Source of the DNA: Candidatus Sericytochromatia bacterium
Lineage (GTDB): Bacteria > Cyanobacteriota > Sericytochromatia > S15B-MN24 > UBA4093
Length of the DNA stretch: 64,000 nucleotides
Assembly: GCA_036676985.1 (NCBI GenBank)
Contig: JAKFBU010000038.1
Location: 96,001 to 160,000, forward strand
Direction: 5' to 3'
Positions within the stretch are counted from its first letter, which is position 1, and each line of letters opens with the position of its first letter. The notes below the pieces were generated by a model. That model searched no databases. It worked only from the letters and a program-made list of their open reading frames with translations, and had not been told where the DNA came from. This document shows positions 48,740 to 57,141 of this stretch, piece by piece. A program made the position numbers and the translations under genes.

Positions 48740-49927
48740 TTAGATCGTGACCGTGTCCGGAGGCAGGGTCGGGGTCGGCGTCGGGCTAGGCGTCGTCGTG
48801 GGACGCGGCGTCGGTGTCGGCGTGGCCCCGGGTTTCGGAGAAGCGTTCGGCTTGGTTCCATGAATCAGCTGGAACGAGTACCACTGCGACGCTCCGAAGT
48901 AGTTGGTGACGAAGTTCTGGCCCTGTCCGGTGATGTTCCGGAAGACGCCGTTCGGAGCACGGCCGTAGGTCGGGTAGAACTCGATGCAGTAGAAGTAATG
49001 GCCTCCATCCAGCCGATTGTTCGGATCGTCCTCCGGCGGAGCGTCGTTCGGGCCGGACGATCGGCTGCTGTACCCGTTCCAGGCCACTGAGACGAAGTCC
49101 TCTCCGTCCGGGAGCGTATGCCACTGGGATTGCCAGACGACGTCGCCCAGCCCGCCCGCGGTCTTGCTGACGACGAAGCGATAGGCGCACTCCCGCTGGT
49201 GAGCAGGCAGCGAGTTGATGAAGACGCCCCGAAACGGCTTGGTCCGGAACTTGTCCTTGTACGTCGTGTATTCGCCGTTGGCGTGGGTGGGATCGTTGGC
49301 GCGCGAGTCCGACGACGTCGGCTCGGCCTCGGTGTCCCAGAAGAGGTCGATGTCGACCGATCGGCTGGAGTTGAGGCTCCCGTCGAAGATCATGGGGTTG
49401 GAGACGAAGAAGCCCAAGAGGTCGAGGCGCTTGTAGCCCTGATCGTTCGTCAACGGGTTGCTGGGCCGGTCCTCGTCGCTGTAAACGACATGATAGGTCC
49501 CGCGGCGCAGGGTCGTGAACTCGATCAGGCTGTTGTGGGTCACGAACTGGGAAACGGGAAGCTGCCCTTCGAGGAACAGCTCGGGAACCAGGTAGATGTT
49601 CTTGCCGATCATCGACTGGTCGTGCCACTCGCCCGGAGGATTTCCCTTGATCGTCAGGTTGACGGTCGTCCGGTAGACCGGAGGCGCCGTCGGGTTGGCC
49701 GTCGCCGTGTTGCGGCTGATGGTCACGCCCGAGACGCCGCCGCGCACGACGCCCGAGCCGAAGGAGGTGTCGACCGTGTTGCGGGTGACGACGACGTTGC
49801 TCTTGGTGCCACGCTGTGCGAGGGTCACCACGCCCTTGGCGCCGGTGCCCGTCGGATCGGCGCAGGCGGCGATCGCCAGCGCGATGGGTGTTAGGACGGC
49901 TGCCAGCCGCCAGTGGAACGCCCGCAT
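48740..49927 (-). CDS. Hypothetical lipoprotein with C-terminal PT-rich tail
   Basis: Lipobox IAAC; beta-rich body with WNG...GHYFY (FlgD-Ig-like, tentative); TPTPTP tail. Confidence 0.75.
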   Translation of the reverse strand: MRAFHWRLAAVLTPIALAIAACADPTGTGAKGVVTLAQRGTKSNVVVTRNTVDTSFGSGVVRGGVSGVTISRNTATANPTAPPVYRTTVNLTIKGNPPGEWHDQSMIGKNIYLVPELFLEGQLPVSQFVTHNSLIEFTTLRRGTYHVVYSDEDRPSNPLTNDQGYKRLDLLGFFVSNPMIFDGSLNSSRSVDIDLFWDTEAEPTSSDSRANDPTHANGEYTTYKDKFRTKPFRGVFINSLPAHQRECAYRFVVSKTAGGLGDVVWQSQWHTLPDGEDFVSVAWNGYSSRSSGPNDAPPEDDPNNRLDGGHYFYCIEFYPTYGRAPNGVFRNITGQGQNFVTNYFGASQWYSFQLIHGTKPNASPKPGATPTPTPRPTTTPSPTPTPTLPPDTVTI

Positions 49928-50003
49928 GAGCAACCCTCGGTCGACGTACTAGGGAGTATATGCCCGCTCGGCGCCCCGTTTGAAACCCCTACGCCCCATG
50001 GAA

Positions 50004-50033
50004 GACGGCCGCCTCTTGGAGGAGGCGGCCGTC
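50004..50033 (-). terminator. Hairpin downstream of the PTY-repeat gene
   Basis: GACGGCCGCCTC-N6-GAGGCGGCCGTC. Confidence 0.55.
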
Positions 50034-50048
50034 ATGGAGGCTTTGGCG

Positions 50049-50762
50049 CTAGAGCATCTGGATCGACTGAGCCTGGAAGGGCTGGATGGATTGGCTTTGC
50101 GTCGGGTTGATGGTGCGCGGGTTATAGGTGGGCCAGGTCGGCAGGCCGGGGAACCCGGGGAAGCCCGTCGGCTGGGTCGGATACTGGGTGGGGAAGCCCG
50201 GGATGCTCGGGAAGCCCGTCGGCTGGGTCGGATACTGCGTGGGGTATCCCGGGTAGCCCGCCGGCTGGGTCGGATACTGCTGCGGGTAGCCGGGATAGGT
50301 GGGCTGCGTCGGGTACTGGGGGGGATAGCCAGGCAAGGTCGTCGGCGTGGGATAGGGCTGCTGCGTGCCCGTCGGATAGCCCGGATAGGTCGGCTGAGTG
50401 GGGTAGGTGGGCTGGGGATAGGTGGGGTAAGTGGGCTGGGGGAAAGCCGGCTGGCCTGCCGTCGGCATGGGATACGTGGGGTAGCTCGGCTGGGGAGTCG
50501 TCGGCTGGGGATAGGTCGGCTGAGTAGGGTAGGTCGGCTGCGGATACGTCGGCTGCGCGGCCTGACCGGGATAGCTCGGATTGGTCCAGGGCGTCGGGGA
50601 TGCGGGCTGCTGTGCTGTCTGCGCGGCCTGGCTCAGCGTCAGGATGTCGCCCAGCATGGTCGGCGTGCCGCCGCCGGCTGCCACGGGCTCGCGCGCCTTG
50701 ACAGGAGCGGACTCACGCGGACGCATCAGGCGGTTGAGCGCGGTTCCGAGTTCGACGGCCAT
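50049..50762 (-). CDS. Low-complexity P/T/Q/Y/G repeat protein (237 aa)
   Basis: AAAGGAGG RBS, ATG 50762; many PTYP/QPTYP/PGYP/PTQYP units. Confidence 0.75.
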   Translation of the reverse strand: MAVELGTALNRLMRPRESAPVKAREPVAAGGGTPTMLGDILTLSQAAQTAQQPASPTPWTNPSYPGQAAQPTYPQPTYPTQPTYPQPTTPQPSYPTYPMPTAGQPAFPQPTYPTYPQPTYPTQPTYPGYPTGTQQPYPTPTTLPGYPPQYPTQPTYPGYPQQYPTQPAGYPGYPTQYPTQPTGFPSIPGFPTQYPTQPTGFPGFPGLPTWPTYNPRTINPTQSQSIQPFQAQSIQML

Positions 50763-50876
50763 GGGCGAGCCTCCTTTGGAGAGCGTACTGACAAAGGGAT
50801 TATCCAACGGCAAAGGGAGGGGCTTGCGCCCCTCCCCCGTAACTTACCCGTGATTTAACGCCCTCTTTACGGGGCC

Positions 50877-52259
50877 CTACATGTGGATGGGCTGGCCGAT
50901 GGCGGCGAGGGCCGCTTCCTTGATAGCCTCCGACAGGGTCGGGTGGGCGTGGATCGTCAGGTCGATCTCGGTGGCCGTGGTCTCGAGCGTCATGCCGAGG
51001 CCCACTTCGCTCAAGAGCTCCGTCACCTCGGGCCCGACCATGTGCGCGCCGATGATCTCGCCGTACTTGGTGTCGACCACGAGCTTCACAAAACCGTCGG
51101 TCTCGCCGAGGGCCTGGGCCTTGCCGTTCGGGGCGAACGGGAACTTGCCGACCTTCACGTCGAGGCCGCGCTTCTTGGCCTCTTCCTCGGTGAGGCCGAT
51201 GGAGGCCACCTGGGGCTCGCAGTAGGTGCAGCTCGGGATGCGATCGTAGTTGATGGGCGTGGGGTGGTGGCCCGCGATGTGCTCGACGCAGATGACGCCC
51301 ATGGCCGACGCCACGTGGGCGAGCATGGCCTTGCCCGTCACGTCGCCGATGGCGTAGAGGCCCTCGACGTTGGTCTTGCCGAAGTCGTCGGCCACGATGA
51401 AGCCGCGATCGGTCTTGACGCCCAGGGTCTCGAGGCCCAGGTTCTCGGTGTTGGGCGAGAAGCCGATGCCGACCAGCAGCTTGGGGGCTTCGAGCTCCTT
51501 GGTTCCCTTGGCGCTCGAGAGCGAAACCTTGACGCCGTCGGCGCGCTGCTCGACCTTCTCGACCTTGTGGCCCGTGAGGACCTCGATTCCGAGCTTCTTG
51601 TAGGCGCGCTCGAGCACGGCGGCCACCTCGGCGTCCTCGCGGGGCAGCAGGTGGTCGGCCATCTCGACGATGGTCACCTGGACGCCGTAGTTGGCGAAGA
51701 CGAAGGCGAACTCGACGCCGATGGCGCCGCCGCCGAGCACGATGAGCTTGGAGGGCAGGTCGCGCATGTGGACGGCTTCCTTGGCGGTGTAGACCACCTT
51801 GGCGTCCGCCGTGAGGCCCGGCAGGAGGCGCGGACGGGCGCCGGTCGCAATCACGATGTGCTTGGCCGTGATTTCCTGGCCGTTGTCGACGGCGATCTTG
51901 CCCTTGCCGACGAGGCGGCCGCGGCCCTTGACCACGTCGATCTTGTTCTTCTTCATCAGGAAGCCGAGACCCGTGGTCTGCTTCTTGACCACCGCCTCGG
52001 AGCGATCGACGGCCTTGGTGTAGTCGGGCTTGATGCCGTCCACGGCGATGCCGAAGGTGTCGGAGTGCTTGATGGTGTGCAGCACCGAGGCGTTCTTCAA
52101 GAGGGCCTTGGTCGGGATGCAGCCCCAGTTGAGGCACACGCCGCCCAGCTCCTCGGCCTCGACGATGGCCGTCTTGAGACCGAGCTGGGCCGCGCGGATG
52201 GCGGCGACGTAGCCGCCCGGGCCCGAGCCGATGACTGCGAGATCGTAGGTGGTTGCCAT
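50877..52259 (-). CDS. lpdA: Dihydrolipoyl dehydrogenase (E3)
   Basis: GSGPGGYVAA, GGVCLNWGCIPTK, HAHPTLSE. Confidence 0.97.
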   Translation of the reverse strand: MATTYDLAVIGSGPGGYVAAIRAAQLGLKTAIVEAEELGGVCLNWGCIPTKALLKNASVLHTIKHSDTFGIAVDGIKPDYTKAVDRSEAVVKKQTTGLGFLMKKNKIDVVKGRGRLVGKGKIAVDNGQEITAKHIVIATGARPRLLPGLTADAKVVYTAKEAVHMRDLPSKLIVLGGGAIGVEFAFVFANYGVQVTIVEMADHLLPREDAEVAAVLERAYKKLGIEVLTGHKVEKVEQRADGVKVSLSSAKGTKELEAPKLLVGIGFSPNTENLGLETLGVKTDRGFIVADDFGKTNVEGLYAIGDVTGKAMLAHVASAMGVICVEHIAGHHPTPINYDRIPSCTYCEPQVASIGLTEEEAKKRGLDVKVGKFPFAPNGKAQALGETDGFVKLVVDTKYGEIIGAHMVGPEVTELLSEVGLGMTLETTATEIDLTIHAHPTLSEAIKEAALAAIGQPIHM

Positions 52260-52375
52260 GATGAAGCTTCCTTTTTTACTGAGAGGAGCCGTCCGCTCTG
52301 GGAGCGGAGGCTCGGATGGTCTGGGGTTCAAGATCGGGCAGGCCGGGGGACGCCAAGCATCCCCCGGCCAGCAGG

Positions 52376-53632
52376 TTAGAGCAGGAGCAGCATCGGGGTC
52401 TGCAGGATGCGCTTGACCTCCGCGAGGAACTGCGCGGCCGTGGCCCCGTCGATGACCCGGTGATCGCTCGACATGGTGACGCGCATGATCGAGCGGACGA
52501 CGATCTGGTCCTTGTCGCCCACCACGGGCTCCTTCTTGATGGAGCCGATGGCGAGGATCGCCGACTCGGGCGGGTTGATGATGGCCGTGAAGCTCTCCAC
52601 GTCGAAGGAGCCCAGGTTGCTCACCGTGATGGTGCCGCCGCCCATCTCGTCCGGCCGCAGCTTGTTGGCCTTGGCGCGGGCGACGATCTCCTTGGTCTCC
52701 CGGGCGATCTCCGGCAGCGACTTGCCGAGGGCGTTGTGGAGCACCGGCACCACCAGGCCCTCGGGCAGGGCGACGGCGATGCCGACGTTCACCTGGCCGC
52801 GCTCGATGATGCGGGTCTCGCCCCAGCTCGCGTTGACGGTGGGGAACTTGGCCGCGGCCTTGGCGACGGCCTTGACGATGATGTCGTTGAAGGAGACCTT
52901 CTCCTCCTCGCTCACCGCCTGGTTCAGCTGGCTGCGGAAGGCCATCGCCTCGGTCATGTCGATGGCGTTGGTGACGTAGAAGTGCGGGGCCGTCACCTTG
53001 CTCTCGGAGAGCCGGCGAGCGATCGCCTGGCGCATCCGCGAGATGTCGACCGGACGGTCCGCGCCGCCCACGAGGGGAGCCGCCGCGCGGGCACCCGCGG
53101 CCGGGGCCTTGAAGCCCTCGACGTCGCGGCGCACGATCCGGCCGCCCGGGCCGCTGCCCGGTACCTGGCCAAGATCGATGTGCCGCTCGGCCGCCACGCG
53201 GCGAGCGAGGGGCGACGCCTTGACGCGACCGCCGGCGAGCGGCTGGGCCGTCGGGTAGGGCGCGCTCGGAGCCGAGGGGTACTCGGTGGGCGCTTCTTCG
53301 GACTCGGCGGCGGCGGGCGCCTGCGAGACCGGGGTCATGCCGGCCGCGGCCGCAGGGGCCGGGGCGCTGGGCTCGCCGACTTCCACCTTCTCGCCGGGCT
53401 GGGCGATGATGGCGATGGGCTGGCCGACGGGCACGTCCTCACCCGCCTGGTGCAGGATCTTGGCGAGGACGCCCGAGTCGAAGGCCTCGATCTCGATGTT
53501 GACCTTCTCGGTTTGGATCTCGGCGACGGGCTCGCCCTTGTTGACGGCGTCGCCCTCGTTCTTGATCCAGCGAAGGATCTTGCCCTCGGTCATGTCGTAG
53601 CCCATCTTGGGCATCAGTACGTTGGTGGCCAT
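52376..53632 (-). CDS. pdhC: Pyruvate dehydrogenase E2 acetyltransferase
   Basis: Lipoyl domain (QTEKVN), KASPLARR binding domain, SDHRVIDG. Confidence 0.95.
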   Translation of the reverse strand: MATNVLMPKMGYDMTEGKILRWIKNEGDAVNKGEPVAEIQTEKVNIEIEAFDSGVLAKILHQAGEDVPVGQPIAIIAQPGEKVEVGEPSAPAPAAAAGMTPVSQAPAAAESEEAPTEYPSAPSAPYPTAQPLAGGRVKASPLARRVAAERHIDLGQVPGSGPGGRIVRRDVEGFKAPAAGARAAAPLVGGADRPVDISRMRQAIARRLSESKVTAPHFYVTNAIDMTEAMAFRSQLNQAVSEEEKVSFNDIIVKAVAKAAAKFPTVNASWGETRIIERGQVNVGIAVALPEGLVVPVLHNALGKSLPEIARETKEIVARAKANKLRPDEMGGGTITVSNLGSFDVESFTAIINPPESAILAIGSIKKEPVVGDKDQIVVRSIMRVTMSSDHRVIDGATAAQFLAEVKRILQTPMLLLL

Positions 53633-53658
53633 GTTGAAACCTCCAGGCTGCTTACAGG

Positions 53659-54630
53659 CTACTTGAGGACGTCGCGGATGGCCTCGACGACGTTGGCCTT
53701 GTGGGGGTAGGCCGCCATTTCGAGGTGCTTGTTGTAGGGGGCGGGCACCTCGACGCCGGCGACGCGGCGGACGGGCGCATCGAGGTAGTCGAAGGCCTCC
53801 TCGGAGACGCGCGCGGCGATCTCGGCGCCGATGCCGAAGGTCTTCCAACCCTCCTCGGCGACGACCAGGCGGTTGGTCTTCTTGACCGACTCGAGCACGG
53901 GCTCGAGGTCCAGCGGACGCAGCGTGCGCAGGTCGATCACCTCGACGTCGATGCCCTCCTTGGCGAGGTCGTTGGCGGCCTCCATGGCGGCGATCGCCAT
54001 GCGCGAGTAGCTCACGACCGTCACGTCCTTGCCGGGGCGGCGCACCACGGACTTGCCGATGGGCACCAGGTACTCCTCCTCGGGGACCTCGCCCTTCACT
54101 CCGTAGATGAGCGCGTGCTCGATGAAGATGACGGGGTCGTCGTCGCGGATGGCGCTCTTGAGGAGGCCCTTGTGGTCGTAGGGGGTGCTCGGCATGACCA
54201 CCTTGAGCCCCGGCACGTAGGCGAAGAACAGCTCGAGGGTCTGCGAGTGGGTCGCCGACAGCTGGCTCCAGCCCGACGGGGTGCGCATGACCATGGGCAC
54301 CTTCATCTGCCCGCCGAACATGTAGCTCAGCTTGGCCGCGTGGTTGACGACCTGGTCGACGGCCTGGAGGGCGAAGTTGATGCTCATGATCTCGGGCACC
54401 GGGCGCAGGCCGCCCAGGGCGGCACCCGTGGCGGCCCCGATGATGGCGGTCTCCGAGATGGGCGTGTCCTTGACGCGCTTTTCGCCGAACTCGTCGACGA
54501 AGCCCTTGGTGACGCCGTAGGCGCTGCCGTAATAGGCGATGTCCTCGCCCATCAGGAAGACGTTCTCGTCCCGGCGCATCTCCTCCCGCAGGGCTTCCTG
54601 GATGGCCTGGCGAACGGTAAGAATCGGCAT
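53659..54630 (-). CDS. pdhB: Pyruvate dehydrogenase E1 beta
   Basis: MGEDI, DTPISE, ATHSQ, IDLRTLRPLD. Confidence 0.95.
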   Translation of the reverse strand: MPILTVRQAIQEALREEMRRDENVFLMGEDIAYYGSAYGVTKGFVDEFGEKRVKDTPISETAIIGAATGAALGGLRPVPEIMSINFALQAVDQVVNHAAKLSYMFGGQMKVPMVMRTPSGWSQLSATHSQTLELFFAYVPGLKVVMPSTPYDHKGLLKSAIRDDDPVIFIEHALIYGVKGEVPEEEYLVPIGKSVVRRPGKDVTVVSYSRMAIAAMEAANDLAKEGIDVEVIDLRTLRPLDLEPVLESVKKTNRLVVAEEGWKTFGIGAEIAARVSEEAFDYLDAPVRRVAGVEVPAPYNKHLEMAAYPHKANVVEAIRDVLK

Positions 54631-54649
54631 GAGTGTGTGTCTCCTAGTG

Positions 54650-55633
54650 CTAGCGCGCCAACTCGGGCTGGATGGGGTTGGCGTAGATGAAGTCGGTCAA
54701 GGTCGAGAGCTCGGGCTCCGGGCTCTCGTCGGCGAAGCGGACGGAGGCTTCGGCCTCGTCGGCTGCCGACTTCTCGAGGGCGTCGAGCTCGGCCTCGGTG
54801 GCGACGCCATCCTGGATCAGGCGCTGGCGCCAGGTGAGGATGGGGTCGCGCTGGCGCCAGAGCTCGACTTCTTCCTTGGAACGGTACATCTCGGGGTCCG
54901 CCATGGAGTGGCCGCGGAAGCGGTAGGTCTTGGCCTCCAGGAGGACCGGGCCCTTGCCCGCGCGGACATGGTCGACGGCCTTCTTGGTGGCCTCGTAGGA
55001 GGCGAGCACGTCCATGCCATCGAAGGACCAGCCCGGCATGCCGTAGCTGTCGGCGCGCTTGTACAGGTCGGAGATCGACGAGTCCATGTGGGTCGCAAGG
55101 CCCATGGAGTAGAGGTTGTTCTCGATCAGGAAGATGACGGGCAGCTTGAAGACGGCCGCCATGTTGAGCGACTCGTGGAAGCCGCCGTTGTTGGAGCTGC
55201 CGTCGCCGAAGATGGCCATGGCGAGCTGGTCACGGCCCTTGTACTGGTGCGAGAGCGCCAGGCCCACGGCCAGGGGGATGTGGGCGCCGACGATGGCGTA
55301 GCCGCCCCAGAAGTGCTTGCTGACGTCCGCGAAGTGCATGGAGCCGCCGCGGCCCTTGCTGCAGCCGGTCGCCTTGCCGTAGAGTTCGGCCATCAGGGAG
55401 TTGGTGTCCAGGCCCCGGGCGATGGCATGCCCGTGATCGCGGTAGTGCGTGACGATGTCGTCGTCATCGTTGAGGGCGGCGATGGAGCCGACCGCCACGG
55501 CCTCCTGGCCGATATACAGGTGCAGGAACCCCCCGATCTTGGCATACGCATAGCCCTCGGCACACTTCTCTTCGAAGCGGCGGATCAGGACCATCTTGCG
55601 ATACCACTCCAGGGCTTGCTGCTTATCCACCAT
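54650..55633 (-). CDS. pdhA: Pyruvate dehydrogenase E1 alpha
   Basis: GGFLHLYIGQEA, GRGGSMH, FGDG..N TPP motif, YRFRGHSMADP. Confidence 0.96.
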   Translation of the reverse strand: MVDKQQALEWYRKMVLIRRFEEKCAEGYAYAKIGGFLHLYIGQEAVAVGSIAALNDDDDIVTHYRDHGHAIARGLDTNSLMAELYGKATGCSKGRGGSMHFADVSKHFWGGYAIVGAHIPLAVGLALSHQYKGRDQLAMAIFGDGSSNNGGFHESLNMAAVFKLPVIFLIENNLYSMGLATHMDSSISDLYKRADSYGMPGWSFDGMDVLASYEATKKAVDHVRAGKGPVLLEAKTYRFRGHSMADPEMYRSKEEVELWRQRDPILTWRQRLIQDGVATEAELDALEKSAADEAEASVRFADESPEPELSTLTDFIYANPIQPELAR

Positions 55634-55927
55634 CTGGAAAGCTCCTTACTCTACAAAGGCGAAGGGCGACGTTCGTGGGTACCCCTGGCGACCAACCGAT
55701 CGTAACACACCTTCGTGAATCCTCACGAAGGCCCATGTAAGCAAATCAGGGCGCGGGTTTTGACCCGACGCCCTCGTCACGGTACCAAGAGCAGCGGCCT
55801 CGTTGCCGGCTCTCTGAGCATAACAATACCAGGTATCGGGCGACAAGGCATTCTTTACGAACCGTAAACCTCGCCTTGACCTCTGCCAGGCGCTATACTG
55901 CCGGGAGGCCCTGCAAAGGAGGACTTC

Positions 55928-56455
55928 ATGGCACGGATTGAACCCTTACCCATCGACGCCGCACCGCCCGGCGTGCGGGAGGTCTTCGACGGCTTCATGC
56001 GCGCGCGCGGCAACGTCCCCAACATGTTCCGGACCATGGCCCTGGTGCCCGAGCTCGCGACCACCCTGTCCGCGCACTTCAAGGCCGTGCTCAACGCCGG
56101 TACCGTCGAGCTGCGGCTCAAGGAGCTCCTGGCCGTCCGGGTGTCCCAGGTCAACAGCTGCAACTACTGACTGGCCTCCCACACTGCTTTGTTAAAGCAG
56201 CTCGGAGCCACGGACGAGACGATCGACGCCCTGACGCGCTGGGCCGAGGCCGGCGCCTTCACGCCCCGCGAGAAGGCCGCCCTGGAGCTCGCCGAGCGCA
56301 TGACGCGCGACGCGCACACGGTGGACGACGCCCTCATGAGCGAGCTCAGGCGCTGGTTCGCGGACTCCGAGATCGTGGAGCTTGCGGCCGTCATCGGGAT
56401 CTTCAACTACTTCAACCGCTTCAACGACGCGCTGGACGTGGACATCACCCGCTGA
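55928..56455 (+). CDS. AhpD/carboxymuconolactone-decarboxylase-family protein, probable selenoprotein (TGA 56168-56170 = Sec; 175 aa)
   Basis: The two ORF-track pieces are in one frame; joined they read KELLAVRVSQVNSCNY*LASH...REKAALELAE..T...EIVELAAVIGIFNYFNRFN, a full AhpD-like protein with TGA at the second Cys of CxxC. Confidence 0.85.
56171..56210 (+). promoter_or_regulatory. Bacterial SECIS-like hairpin
   Basis: Upper stem CTGCTTT-GTT-AAAGCAG (56184-56200), lower stem TGGC(C)TCC/GGAGCCA; apical loop starts with G, 20 nt after the TGA. Confidence 0.75.
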
Positions 56456-56549
56456 TCCGATCGCTTGACTGTTTACAAAAATTCACTAACATCGGTGTAG
56501 CAGACGTTCCGGGTGCGGGGGTGACTCCGCGTTACTAGAGGAGGTACTG

Positions 56550-57104
56550 ATGCGCCGTCCCATGCTTCCCGTCGCCGCCCTCATCCTCGCCCTGTCGGGC
56601 GGAGCGGCCCTCGCTGCGGCCGAAAAGCCCGCCCAGCCCACCCAACCGACCCAGGCCAAGAGCCCCGCCAAGGCAGCCCCCAAGGCGACCGCGGGCAAGC
56701 CCGGGTCGGCCGACGCCAAGCAGCCCAAGTCCGAGATCAAGTCCATCGGCATCCCAACCGTCAAGGAGACGCAGCAGACGCCCGAGCAGATCAAGGCCCA
56801 GCAGGCCGAGTGGAAGAAGATCGACGACCAGCAGGCCTCCGAGCGCAAGGAGCGGCGGGAGCGCTACAAGGCCGTTCGGGCCGAGTTCGCCAAGGAGGGC
56901 ATCAAGTTCAAGAAGGCCTCGAAGCCTGACACCTACCGCGTGTATGCCCCGGCGGTCGCCCAGACGACCGACCCAGCTCAGCGCAAGGCGGCGGCCAAGG
57001 CCCTGGTCACGCGTCTCAAGGGCCAGTTGGAGCCCATCTTCAAGAAGAAGCTCACCTTCGAGATCTACACCGACGACAAGGTGACCCAGCGCGTCACCTT
57101 CTGA
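56550..57104 (+). CDS. Secreted hypothetical protein, Lys/Ala/Pro-rich N-terminal part
   Basis: GAGGAGG RBS, signal peptide ending ALA, biased codons. Confidence 0.8.
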   Translation: MRRPMLPVAALILALSGGAALAAAEKPAQPTQPTQAKSPAKAAPKATAGKPGSADAKQPKSEIKSIGIPTVKETQQTPEQIKAQQAEWKKIDDQQASERKERRERYKAVRAEFAKEGIKFKKASKPDTYRVYAPAVAQTTDPAQRKAAAKALVTRLKGQLEPIFKKKLTFEIYTDDKVTQRVTF

Positions 57105-57110
57105 CGCCAA

Positions 57111-57136
57111 AAGGCCTGCCCCTCGGGGCAGGCCTT
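57111..57136. terminator. Bidirectional terminator
   Basis: AAGGCCTGCCCC-TC-GGGGCAGGCCTT between convergent genes. Confidence 0.75.
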
Positions 57137-57141
57137 CATGT

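Noticed and set aside
50150-50580. Short periodic repeats as CRISPR or satellite
   Set aside because: Degenerate codon-level repeats of a P/T/Y protein; no constant repeat-spacer pattern.
52286-52369. Two hairpins between pdhC and lpdA
   Set aside because: Ordinary intercistronic stability or attenuation structures; nothing distinctive.
55928-56455. Pseudogene interpretation of the split AhpD-like gene
   Set aside because: Stop sits exactly on a catalytic Cys position, both halves are intact and a SECIS-like hairpin follows.
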